Assembly: GCA_035527875.1 (NCBI GenBank)
Contig: DATKZR010000138.1
Coordinates: 1,528-33,527 of the forward strand
Source of the DNA: Nitrosopumilaceae archaeon
Lineage (GTDB): Archaea > Thermoproteota > Nitrososphaeria > Nitrososphaerales > Nitrosopumilaceae
DNA: 32,000 nucleotides
Reading direction: 5' to 3'
Shown: one piece after another, positions 22,232-30,393 of the stretch
Position numbering within the stretch: the first letter of the stretch is position 1
Layout: each line of letters begins with the position of its first letter
Made by a program: the position numbers and the translations under genes
Notes under the pieces: model-generated
Seen by the model: the letters and a program-made list of their open reading frames with translations, nothing else
What the model was told of the DNA's origin: nothing
Database searches by the model: none

Positions 22232-23458
22232 ATGGCAGAAGAACAGTTTATTGAGACCATAATTGGAGTTGGAATATTACTTTTTGCTGCAAAATTAATG
22301 GCAGAACTATTCCTCAGATTAAAACTGCCAATTGTGTTAGGTGAGCTGTTAGCAGGAATTATAATTGGCCCGTTTGCACTAGGGGCATTTTTTGTAGTTG
22401 ATGGACACCAGGTGTTGGAGATAAATGACGAGATAAAAATACTTGGTGAAATAGGTGCAATAGTAATTTTGTTTATGGCAGGACTTGAAATGACTCCAAA
22501 AGAGTTCTTAAAGGGAGGAAGAAATTCATTCATAGTTGGCACTGGCGGAGTAGTTATCCCGTTCTTTGCAGGATTTGTTGTTTTTCAGTTATTTGGATTT
22601 GATGCCTTACAATCAATGCTAATTGCAACAGCACTTACTGCAACCAGTATTGCAATATCAATTCAGGTTTTAAGTGAGTTTGGCAAAATTAAATCCCCCG
22701 AGGCCCGTCTCATTATTGGTGCGGCAGTAGTTGATGATATTTTAGCTATAGCAGTTTTGTCAGTGGTCTCATCAATTGCCGTTGGAGAAGGAGGAGTAGA
22801 TTCCTTGGAAATTTCAGATGTAATATTTACAATTTTGAAGGTATTAGCATTCTTTGGAATAATGCTCATTGTTGCAGTAATTGTGATTCCAAAAGTTGTT
22901 ACCCCCAGACTATGGAAAGCAAAAGGAAGTGTTGAGGGAATAGCCACGGCATCGTTTTTTGGAGCGGCGGCTGTGGCAGGCATTATAGGATTGTCGCCGA
23001 TTGTAGGAGCATTTGCAGTGGGCATGGCATTATCTACTAGTAAGGTATTTGAAAAAATTGAAAATTATATTGGAAAAATAGGTTTGATTTTTGCACCGTT
23101 GTTTTTTGCCATAATTGGAGCTCAGGTGGATCTCAGAGCGGTAAATTGGGAAGTAATTTCATTGAGCGCTATTGTAATTGCAATTGCAGTTGTAACAAAG
23201 TTGGGTGGATGTGGATTACCTGCAATGATCCTCTTGAAAAATAAAGTTATAGGCCTGAGAGTTGGAATTGGCATGATCTCAAGAGGAGAAGTAGGTTTGA
23301 TAGTAGCAGGAGTTGGCGTATCTTCTGGAATTTTAACTTCTAATGTTTATTCAACCATTGTAATCATGGTAGCGGTAACCACAATCATTACACCAATTTG
23401 GTTAAAGATTGAATATAGAAAAGAACAAAAAAAAGATGAGGCTGAAAATCCTAATTAA
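22232..23458 (+). CDS. monovalent cation:proton antiporter (CPA2, Na+/H+ exchanger family), no KTN domain
   Basis: 408 aa with about 12 TM helices. The N-terminus is the typical PIVLGELLAGIIIGPFALG, followed by FMAGLEM and ISRGEVGLIVA. Confidence 0.9.
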   Translation: MAEEQFIETIIGVGILLFAAKLMAELFLRLKLPIVLGELLAGIIIGPFALGAFFVVDGHQVLEINDEIKILGEIGAIVILFMAGLEMTPKEFLKGGRNSFIVGTGGVVIPFFAGFVVFQLFGFDALQSMLIATALTATSIAISIQVLSEFGKIKSPEARLIIGAAVVDDILAIAVLSVVSSIAVGEGGVDSLEISDVIFTILKVLAFFGIMLIVAVIVIPKVVTPRLWKAKGSVEGIATASFFGAAAVAGIIGLSPIVGAFAVGMALSTSKVFEKIENYIGKIGLIFAPLFFAIIGAQVDLRAVNWEVISLSAIVIAIAVVTKLGGCGLPAMILLKNKVIGLRVGIGMISRGEVGLIVAGVGVSSGILTSNVYSTIVIMVAVTTIITPIWLKIEYRKEQKKDEAENPN

Positions 23459-23497
23459 AATTATTGAGATTTCAAACGAGAAAATTCTCATAAAGTC

Positions 23498-23505
23498 TTA
23501 AATTA
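23498..23505 (+). promoter_or_regulatory. TATA-like box for the basic-repeat protein gene
   Basis: TTAAATTA lies 25-32 nt upstream of ATG 23530. It is too close to the GTG at 23509 used by the ORF track. Confidence 0.3.
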
Positions 23506-23529
23506 CACGTGAAATTGGAGTTGCCATAC

Positions 23530-23781
23530 ATGTATGAAAATTCTGGAGACCCAGAAAGAGAATCAATTCCGTCTAATGAATATTTACTTGAAGAGATCGC
23601 AAAAATAAAAAAAGAATTAAAACACCTAAAGAACCTAAAAGGAAAAACAGCTCGATCTTCTAAAGTTAAGAGAAAGCCTGTAAAGAGGAGAGCTGCTGTA
23701 AAGAGAAAGGTAGTAGCTAAGAGAAAGCCTGTAAAGAGGAGAGCTGCTGTAAAGAGAAAGGTAGTTAGAAGAAGAAAATAG
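23530..23781 (+). CDS. small protein with hyper-basic repeated C-terminal tail (KRKPVKRRAAVKRKVV x2)
   Basis: It has an acidic/neutral N-terminus (MYENSGDPERESIPSNEYLLEEIAKIKKELKHLK). The tail is SSKVKRKPVKRRAAVKRKVVAKRKPVKRRAAVKRKVVRRRK. I prefer ATG 23530 over GTG 23509 because of the TATA spacing. Confidence 0.55.
   Translation: MYENSGDPERESIPSNEYLLEEIAKIKKELKHLKNLKGKTARSSKVKRKPVKRRAAVKRKVVAKRKPVKRRAAVKRKVVRRRK
23668..23769 (+). repeat. tandem direct duplication, 2 x 51 bp (17 codons)
   Basis: Unit 1 (23668-23718) and unit 2 (23719-23769) are identical for their first 47 nt: AAGAGAAAGCCTGTAAAGAGGAGAGCTGCTGTAAAGAGAAAGGTAGT. Confidence 0.9.
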
Positions 23782-23834
23782 GCCTAAATCTCAATTAATT
23801 TAACGAATTTATGTCTTGAACCATCAGATTATCT

Positions 23835-25421
23835 ATGAGTGAACTTGATTCGGTATTTTCAAAAGCATGTAATGAAATTTCCCAAAATCTGCTATTGATT
23901 GATGAACCTAACAAACAACAAATTAAAGAAGAAATTAGGATAATTTGCAGAAAGTATTCTTTAAGCAGAATGCCCAAAAGCCATGAAATTCTTTCAATGG
24001 TAAAAGGAAATGATTTTTCAAAATTAAAAAAAGTATTACTTAAAAAACCAATAAAGACAGCATCTGGAGTTGCAGTGGTTGCTCTAATGCCAAAACCATA
24101 TGCGTGTCCTCATGGAAGATGTACATATTGTCCTGGAGGAATCGAATTTAATTCTCCAAACAGTTACACCGGAAAGGAACCATCTACACTAAATGCCATT
24201 GAAAATGATTATGATCCAAAATTACAAATTACCACAAAAATAGATAAGCTGATTGCATATGGACATGATCCTTCTAAAATGGAAATTGTGATTGTTGGTG
24301 GAACATTTCTTTTCATGCCCAAAGATTATCAAGAAAATTTTATCAAATCTTGTTATGATGCATTAAATGGAACTGATTCAAAAAGTCTTCAAGAGGCCAA
24401 ATCAAACAACGAGCATGCAAAAATTAGAAACGTTGGATTTACCATTGAAACAAAACCAGATTTTTGTAAAAAAGAACATGTTGATTGGATGTTAGACTAT
24501 GGAATAACAAGAATTGAAATTGGGGTCCAATCATTGCAAGAAAGAGTATATGAAATAGTTAACAGAGGTCATAATTATAACGATGTAATAGAATCTTTTC
24601 AGATTTCAAAAGACGCAGGATATAAAATAGTGGCTCATATGATGCCAGGGCTTCCCACAGTAACTCCTGCGGAAGATATTTCAGATTTCAAAAAATTGTA
24701 CAATGATTCCCAACTCAGACCAGACATGTTGAAAATTTATCCTTCCTTGGTTTTAGAAAATACTCCTCTTTATGAGGACTATAAACAGGGAAAATACTTA
24801 CCCTATTCGGATGTAGATTTGATTAACGTACTCACAGAAATGAAAAAATTGGTTCCTAAATGGGTTAGAATCATGAGAGTTATGAGAGAAATTGGTCCAA
24901 AAGAAATCATCGCAGGTCCCAAATCGGGCAACCTCAGGCAGATTGTCCACCAAAATCTTGCCAAACAAGGAATGGTCTGTAAATGCATTAGATGTAGGGA
25001 AGTTGGTTTATCAAAGAAAATGCCCCAAGTACATTCTTTGAGTCTTAATAGAATTAATTATGACTCATCAGGGGGAGATGAAGTCTTTTTGTCATATGAG
25101 GATTCCAATGAATCAATTTATGGATTTTTAAGACTAAGAAATCCAAGTAGTTTGGCACATAGAAAAGAAGTTGGAACAGATTCTTGTATTGTAAGAGAAT
25201 TGCACGTTTATGGCAAATCTTTGAAACTTGGTCAGAAGGAAGAAAATGGAATTCAACATTCAGGACTTGGTAAAAAATTAATGAAAGAAGCTGAAAAAAT
25301 ATCCAGAGAAGAGTTTGATGCAAAAAGAATCATTGTAATTAGTGCAGTAGGTACAAGAGAATATTATCAAAAATTAGGGTATTCGTTATATGGGCCCTAC
25401 ATGGGTAAACCATTGAATTAG
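23835..25421 (+). CDS. elp3: Elp3-type tRNA uridine(34) modification enzyme (radical SAM + GNAT acetyltransferase domains)
   Basis: 528 aa. The radical-SAM motif context is CPHGRCTYCPGG, and IEIGVQS is present. The C-terminal GNAT region is ELHVYG...QHSGLGKKLMKEAE. Confidence 0.92.
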   Translation: MSELDSVFSKACNEISQNLLLIDEPNKQQIKEEIRIICRKYSLSRMPKSHEILSMVKGNDFSKLKKVLLKKPIKTASGVAVVALMPKPYACPHGRCTYCPGGIEFNSPNSYTGKEPSTLNAIENDYDPKLQITTKIDKLIAYGHDPSKMEIVIVGGTFLFMPKDYQENFIKSCYDALNGTDSKSLQEAKSNNEHAKIRNVGFTIETKPDFCKKEHVDWMLDYGITRIEIGVQSLQERVYEIVNRGHNYNDVIESFQISKDAGYKIVAHMMPGLPTVTPAEDISDFKKLYNDSQLRPDMLKIYPSLVLENTPLYEDYKQGKYLPYSDVDLINVLTEMKKLVPKWVRIMRVMREIGPKEIIAGPKSGNLRQIVHQNLAKQGMVCKCIRCREVGLSKKMPQVHSLSLNRINYDSSGGDEVFLSYEDSNESIYGFLRLRNPSSLAHRKEVGTDSCIVRELHVYGKSLKLGQKEENGIQHSGLGKKLMKEAEKISREEFDAKRIIVISAVGTREYYQKLGYSLYGPYMGKPLN

Positions 25422-25430
25422 TGAAAAGAA

Positions 25431-27017
25431 ATGTCAGAATCAGAAACAATAGGAAAAGGAATTTGGATTGACAAGTTAGCTCAAGAATTATTAGAACGCG
25501 AAAAATCACTTGGAAGAAATTTGGATTTGATTAAAGTTGAGAGCGGCCTTGGAGCTTCTGGAATTCCACATATTGGAAGTTTAGGTGATGCAGTTAGAGC
25601 ATACGGAGTAAAAATGGCACTAGAAAACTTTGGGTACAAATCAGAGTTAATTGCATATTCAGATGATCTAGATGGTTTAAGAAAAATCCCAGAGGGATTT
25701 CCAGAATCACTGCAAGAACACATTGCCAAACCTGTATCACTCATACCAGATCCGTTTGGTTGTCATGAATCTTATGGAATGCATATGAGCAGTATACTTT
25801 TGGATGGGTTAGAAAAAGTGGGAATAAAATACCAATTTAGAAGGGCGGTGGACACTTACAAGCAAGGGTTACTAAAGGATCAAATTCATGTAATTTTACA
25901 GAACAGTTCAAAAATTGGAGATAAAATCTCAGAACTTGTAGGTCAAGAAAAATTTCAAAAATATTTACCATATTTTCCTGTATGCTCGAACTGTAGCAGA
26001 CTATACACGGCTGAATCGACAAAATATCTTCCTGATGAAAGGAAGGTATTGTACAAGTGTCATGATACGGAAATAGGATCCAAGATAGTCAAAGGATGTG
26101 ATCATGAGGGAGAGGCCGACATTACAAAGGATCTAGGCAAACTAGCATGGAAAGTAGAATTTGCTGCACGGTGGGCTGCTTTTGATATTAGATTTGAGGC
26201 ATATGGAAAAGACATTATGGATTCTGTTAAAGTAAATGATTGGGTCTCAGATGAAATTTTGAATTACCCTCACCCACATCATGTCAAATATGAAATGTTT
26301 CTTGACAAGGGGGGGAAAAAGATTTCGAAATCCTTAGGGAATGTAATTACGGCACAAAAGTGGTTAGAATTTGGAACTGCAAAATCAATTTTACTTTTAC
26401 TTTACAAAAGAATCACAGGAGCAAGAGAACTTGGATTCGAAGATATTCCATCTCTTTTGAATGAGTACAATGAACTAGAAGATATTTACTTTGGAAGGAT
26501 CAAAGTAGACAACCAAGCCAAGCTTACAAAGTCCAAAGGATTGTTTGAATATGTGAATTTGTTAAATCCTCCAAAAGAGTCTAGCACACATGTCAATTTT
26601 AGACTTTTAATTGAATTATCTAAAATTTTCAAAGAAGATAGAATCACAAGAGTGATGAAGAAACTTTTAGATTACGGGGTAATAAAAAATCCACAGCCTG
26701 AAATTGAAACATTAATTAAATTAGCTGGAAATTATGCAGATGAATTTGACCAACAAGAAAAAGCAGAAATCGATCTTGATGAATTGACAAAAAAAACTCT
26801 TAGGGAATTGACAATTGCCTTGGATACTGAAGAAGAGATAGAAGATATTCAAAATACCATTTATCAAATAGCAAAATCAAATGGTGTCCAACCAAAAGAT
26901 TTCTTTAAAATTCTTTACCAAATAATTTTGGGTACATCTCGTGGGCCAAAAATAGGGCCATTCATTTCAGACATTGGGAGAAAAAAAGTCTCAAAAACAA
27001 TTTCAGAATACCTATAG
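25431..27017 (+). CDS. lysS: lysine--tRNA ligase, class I (archaeal LysK type)
   Basis: 528 aa with the class I signatures GIPHIGSLGD (HIGH-like) and KISKSLGN (KMSKS). It has a Cys-containing insertion (CSNC...KC...GC), and AYGKD is present. Confidence 0.93.
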   Translation: MSESETIGKGIWIDKLAQELLEREKSLGRNLDLIKVESGLGASGIPHIGSLGDAVRAYGVKMALENFGYKSELIAYSDDLDGLRKIPEGFPESLQEHIAKPVSLIPDPFGCHESYGMHMSSILLDGLEKVGIKYQFRRAVDTYKQGLLKDQIHVILQNSSKIGDKISELVGQEKFQKYLPYFPVCSNCSRLYTAESTKYLPDERKVLYKCHDTEIGSKIVKGCDHEGEADITKDLGKLAWKVEFAARWAAFDIRFEAYGKDIMDSVKVNDWVSDEILNYPHPHHVKYEMFLDKGGKKISKSLGNVITAQKWLEFGTAKSILLLLYKRITGARELGFEDIPSLLNEYNELEDIYFGRIKVDNQAKLTKSKGLFEYVNLLNPPKESSTHVNFRLLIELSKIFKEDRITRVMKKLLDYGVIKNPQPEIETLIKLAGNYADEFDQQEKAEIDLDELTKKTLRELTIALDTEEEIEDIQNTIYQIAKSNGVQPKDFFKILYQIILGTSRGPKIGPFISDIGRKKVSKTISEYL

Positions 27018-27024
27018 ATATAAA

Positions 27025-27225
27025 ATGGCACATGACCAACACAACAAATCACGAAATAATGGCGGATTTGCTTTAATTATACTGGGAGCGCTTTTACTGT
27101 ATTTGGCACCAAACATCTATCCAACAAGTCCAGAATTAGGTATATTGGCCCTTGTAGGAGGTATAATTGTTGGAAGTATTGGATTTTACCTAAAATTTAT
27201 TCGCAATAAAGAAAAGAAAATCTAA
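27025..27225 (+). CDS. small two-TM membrane protein (66 aa)
   Basis: MAHDQHNKSRNNGGFALIILGALLLYLAPNIYPTSPELGILALVGGIIVGSIGFYLKFIRNKEKKI. I prefer ATG 27025, because the track start at 26974 lies inside lysS. Confidence 0.5.
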   Translation: MAHDQHNKSRNNGGFALIILGALLLYLAPNIYPTSPELGILALVGGIIVGSIGFYLKFIRNKEKKI

Positions 27226-27268
27226 AGAAACGTTCATCTTTTGGAAAGAATCGTAGACAATAACGGGA

Positions 27269-28048
27269 TTGTTTGGAAAGAAAAAAGAGACCATCAGAGA
27301 GGTAACTCCTATAGAAAATAGTGAAGAATCTATTCTAAAAGAAGAACTAGAAGAGGAAGTTGAAAAATTACAAAAAGAATTTCGAAGAAAACAAGAGGAA
27401 ATTAAAGAACATGAAAACAGACTACAAGATGTTAGAACAGAATATGACTCTACTGTTTCAGATTTAATGGATATAAAAAAAGAAACCAATCAGAAAAATT
27501 TGGAGCTTGATACAGTTAAAAGAGAAATTAGAGAAATTAGAGTAAAAATAAAAGGTGAAGAAGCAAATTATCAACAAAATAAAAAAATATCTGAAAATTT
27601 AGGAAAAGCTGAAATTGACATTGAAAATGCAAAACAAGAATTAGAAAATTCTATAAATGAAGATAAAAAAATTAAAGAAAGAATTCGGGAAGGAAAATCG
27701 AGTTTACAAGAAACAAAAACGCTGGAAATCCAAACCAAGAAAGAGTTAGAAGAAATTACTTTAAAACTAAACAACACAAAAAAAGAACTAGAAACTGCTG
27801 AAAATAGAAAAAAATTTTCTAATAAAGAAAAGGAATTCATTGAAAAGCAAACTAGAAATCAACCGGACATAAAGGGAATTATGGAGGCAGCAAGTGTTGT
27901 TACTGCTTCTTTAAAATCAAAATTAAGTATGGCCGGAAAAGAAATGGAAACAATTCAGCAGTTATTGGAAAAAGAACGTAAAGAACACATGCTTACTAAA
28001 GAAAGGCTAGAAAAATTACAAGACAAAGAATCTAAAAATATATCATAA
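27269..28048 (+). CDS. long coiled-coil K/E-rich protein, function unknown
   Basis: 259 aa with a TTG start. It has near-continuous heptad-like K/E/L/I composition, with one short hydrophobic break (IMEAASVVTASLKSKLSMAG). Confidence 0.6.
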   Translation: MFGKKKETIREVTPIENSEESILKEELEEEVEKLQKEFRRKQEEIKEHENRLQDVRTEYDSTVSDLMDIKKETNQKNLELDTVKREIREIRVKIKGEEANYQQNKKISENLGKAEIDIENAKQELENSINEDKKIKERIREGKSSLQETKTLEIQTKKELEEITLKLNNTKKELETAENRKKFSNKEKEFIEKQTRNQPDIKGIMEAASVVTASLKSKLSMAGKEMETIQQLLEKERKEHMLTKERLEKLQDKESKNIS

Positions 28049-28492
28049 CCCAAGAAGATTTTTTTCCCATTTTCCTTTCACTTCTTCTTCAGAAAATCCT
28101 AGATCATATAGAGGAGAAGTTATCTCTAGAATCTCACTTGCCTTAACGAGTACAATTGCTCCAATGGGACTTTTGATTCCTATCTCTCGATAATGATTTA
28201 AAATAGCATCATAAGTTTGGCCATTTTTAATTATAGTTCCTATGCCTTTAAAACGAAATCCTTTTCGTAGTAACGGATCTACAACATTAATCTCAAGATT
28301 TGGATTGGTCTCCAAATTCTTCAGAGTGTTTGGAGAACGAATATCTGCAAATGCCAAAGTCTCATCACCCCAAGCAATCAGGGTCCCTTTTGGAGAAAGA
28401 TTAGGGGTTCCATCCTCTGAAACTGTTGCAACATACCCTAATTTTTGAGCGTTCAAAAATTGTTTTATAAATTCTGAAATTTTCTGTGACAT
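28043..28492 (-). CDS. pyridoxamine 5'-phosphate oxidase-like FMN-binding split-barrel protein
   Basis: From ATG 28492 it reads MSQKISEFIKQFLNAQKLGYVATVSEDGTPNLSPKGTLIAWGDETLAFADIRSPNTLKNLETNPNLEINVVDP..RKGFRFKG. The track's longer N-terminus is unlikely to be real. Its 3' end overlaps the coiled-coil gene convergently by 6 nt. Confidence 0.8.
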   Translation of the reverse strand: MSQKISEFIKQFLNAQKLGYVATVSEDGTPNLSPKGTLIAWGDETLAFADIRSPNTLKNLETNPNLEINVVDPLLRKGFRFKGIGTIIKNGQTYDAILNHYREIGIKSPIGAIVLVKASEILEITSPLYDLGFSEEEVKGKWEKNLLGL

Positions 28493-28526
28493 GGACAATA
28501 AGAAAACAAAATAATAACTTTTTAGG

Positions 28527-28718
28527 TTATCTGAAAAAATCTTCCGCATACATTGAGAAAAAGAAGAAACCAATTCCACCACCAATTATTGCAACCCATG
28601 CTACAATCTGCTCCCTTTTTGACATTACCGGCAATCCATCTTTACGTATTATTGAATCTACTCTATTTTGAAGATAATATCTAGAAGGATCAAGTGGATA
28701 TCCAATATATTTTTCCAA
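28527..28718 (-). CDS. hypothetical small protein with C-terminal TM helix (63 aa)
   Basis: TTG-initiated ORF with a C-terminal hydrophobic segment (IVAWVAIIGGGIGFFFFSMY). I recognise no family. Confidence 0.3.
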   Translation of the reverse strand: MEKYIGYPLDPSRYYLQNRVDSIIRKDGLPVMSKREQIVAWVAIIGGGIGFFFFSMYAEDFFR

Positions 28719-28831
28719 GTCAATTATTTCGTTGCCAAAGTACTTTCCGCAGTATGGGAAATTAAATTCAAATTGGCTTAATATAATTACAGGTAAAACA
28801 ATTTTTATTTAAAAAATTTTCAAATTGGATA

Positions 28832-29005
28832 TTATCCGTAAATCATACACTGTTCACATTCACAATTTTCCTGTTGTTTTGTTTTAGCCAGACATTTTTT
28901 ATGCTGACCTGCCTGACATTGAACACATACCTGGTTCAAGTTTTCTACGGTGGTGTATTTTTTTGATTGATCAAAACCAAAACCACCGTCTTGAGGTCCA
29001 ACCAT
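28832..29005 (-). CDS. small Cys-rich protein (57 aa, 6 Cys + 1 His)
   Basis: Not in the ORF track. The sequence is MVGPQDGGFGFDQSKKYTTVENLNQVCVQCQAGQHKKCLAKTKQQENCECEQCMIYG. The pattern is C-x2-C-x4-H-x2-C-x9-C-x-C-x2-C. Confidence 0.4.
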   Translation of the reverse strand: MVGPQDGGFGFDQSKKYTTVENLNQVCVQCQAGQHKKCLAKTKQQENCECEQCMIYG

Positions 29006-29075
29006 ATTATATCTAATTCAAAGGAGTATTTCTACTTCACTGATAGAGTATTTTTTAAAAAATCAAGAGAAATTT

Positions 29076-29216
29076 TTATTTTTCTTTTTTCTCATCAGAG
29101 TCTGGCTTGTCCCAAAGGTGCATGGTTCCTCGTATCATAAAAGAGCCTACAATAATGGCGATAAATCCCCCTACAATAAACATAAAAAATCCCCCTATAC
29201 TTTTGATTCCGACCAC
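29076..29216 (-). CDS. tiny single-TM protein (46 aa), tentative
   Basis: Not in the ORF track. A GTG start gives (M)VGIKSIGGFFMFIVGGFIAIIVGSFMIRGTMHLWDKPDSDEKKEK, with one clear TM helix and a charged tail. Confidence 0.25.
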   Translation of the reverse strand: MVGIKSIGGFFMFIVGGFIAIIVGSFMIRGTMHLWDKPDSDEKKEK

Positions 29217-29292
29217 TATTTCTCTTAGGGTATCTGTCTAATTATAATTGTCTGGAAAACAAGATTAACGACTAGAGTTATTCATCATAATA

Positions 29293-29400
29293 ATGAATTG
29301 TCATAATAAAAAAATTGGATGTTATCATGACAACTCGATTCATTACGAGGCAAAAGGAAGATGTCTAGTAAAAGATTGTAAATGTGAAAAATTCCAATAA
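29293..29400 (+). CDS. tiny Cys/His-rich protein (35 aa), tentative
   Basis: Not in the ORF track. MNCHNKKIGCYHDNSIHYEAKGRCLVKDCKCEKFQ has 5 Cys and 3 His in 35 residues. Confidence 0.3.
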   Translation: MNCHNKKIGCYHDNSIHYEAKGRCLVKDCKCEKFQ

Positions 29401-29419
29401 AAATATTACAATTTATCCT

Positions 29420-29752
29420 TTAGAGGGATGATAATTTATTTTCTAATTCCTGAATCTCTTTTTGAGCCGCATCATACTTGTTTGTTACAAATTCTTTTTT
29501 TGCCTTTATTACTTTAGATAATGCTTCTTTGTAACCTTGGTCTTCTTTCTTGATAACATCACAAGAATCAAGTGTCGTCAAATGTGCCGTCACTGTTGCC
29601 ATTGCTCCTTTTTTATTAAATTTTACAATTCCTCCAAATGCTTCAATTGGCATTAAAGCGGATTCTGCTTTACATTTGTAGGTAACTCTTCCCGTTTCTG
29701 TATTAAATAACTGAGTAACCCCACCTGACGTTTTAGTTACAATTACTGTCAT
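29420..29752 (-). CDS. hypothetical protein (110 aa), beta-rich N-domain + C-terminal helix
   Basis: ATG-initiated ORF filling the gap upstream of ferritin on the same strand. I recognise no family. The C-terminal 40 aa look helical/coiled (KEALSKVIKAKKEFVTNKYDAAQKEIQELENKL). Confidence 0.5.
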   Translation of the reverse strand: MTVIVTKTSGGVTQLFNTETGRVTYKCKAESALMPIEAFGGIVKFNKKGAMATVTAHLTTLDSCDVIKKEDQGYKEALSKVIKAKKEFVTNKYDAAQKEIQELENKLSSL

Positions 29753-29797
29753 GAGATTATAAAATATTATGAGGTATTAATGATTTTAGAAAAAAGA

Positions 29798-30310
29798 TTA
29801 AGCTGCTGGTTCAGCTGCTGTTGCCTGAGTTGCAAGAAGTTTATCAATTTCATTGATTGCTAGTTTATCTCTGCCAATAAGATCAAACTTTTGCAATAAG
29901 GTTTCAAATTTTGTTTCCTCTTGAACTTGTTCATTTACAAACCATTCAAGAAATGCATATGTGGAGTGATCTTTATCTTTTTGAGAGATCTCCACCATTT
30001 TGTGAATTGCTTGGGTTACTAGTTGTTCGTTTTTTAATGCAGTTTTGATTAGAGTCTCAAGTGATTTGTAAGAAGTGAATGGAGCCTTTGTTGCAGGAAT
30101 TGTGGCAATGGCCCCCATGTCATTTAGAAAATGGACTATTTTTAGCATGTGAGTTCTTTCTTCATCAGATTGGGCATAAAAGTAACTGGCTGCACCTTCA
30201 TATCCTGTGACCTCACACCAGGAAGCCATTGCTAGATAACTGTTTGATGCGTTAGCCTCAAGGCCAACTTGATCATTGAGTGTTTTTTTCATTTTTGGAG
30301 AAATTTTCAT
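29798..30310 (-). CDS. ftn: ferritin (non-haem Ftn type)
   Basis: 170 aa. LNDQVGLEANASNSYLAMASW...AQSDEERTHMLKIVHFL...FLEWFVNEQVQEE carries the ferroxidase-centre E/ExxH/E/QxxE contexts. Confidence 0.9.
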   Translation of the reverse strand: MKISPKMKKTLNDQVGLEANASNSYLAMASWCEVTGYEGAASYFYAQSDEERTHMLKIVHFLNDMGAIATIPATKAPFTSYKSLETLIKTALKNEQLVTQAIHKMVEISQKDKDHSTYAFLEWFVNEQVQEETKFETLLQKFDLIGRDKLAINEIDKLLATQATAAEPAA

Positions 30311-30393
30311 TCTGATAAATTGTTTATTTTGATGTATTAAAAATGGTTTCTTTCATGAAGTAAATCCAAACCAGTCTCATAGTTAATTGAAAA

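Noticed and set aside
23509-23529. GTG start of the basic-repeat protein as given in the ORF track
   Set aside because: The only TATA-like box (23498-23505) is 4 nt from this GTG but 25-32 nt from ATG 23530, so the ATG is the more plausible start.
19429-23977. ORFs 19429-19617 (+), 20589-20834 (-), 22099-22542 (-), 22663-23025 (-), 23795-23977 (-)
   Set aside because: They are antisense to the LCM methyltransferase, PAC2, purM/antiporter and elp3 genes, with no independent support.
24803-28671. ORFs 24803-24988, 25054-25323, 25481-25744, 25837-26022, 27190-27489, 27571-27840 (all -), 28242-28448 (+), 28486-28671 (+)
   Set aside because: They are antisense shadows of elp3, lysS, the coiled-coil gene (poly-S/F from K/E codons) and the PNPOx-like gene.
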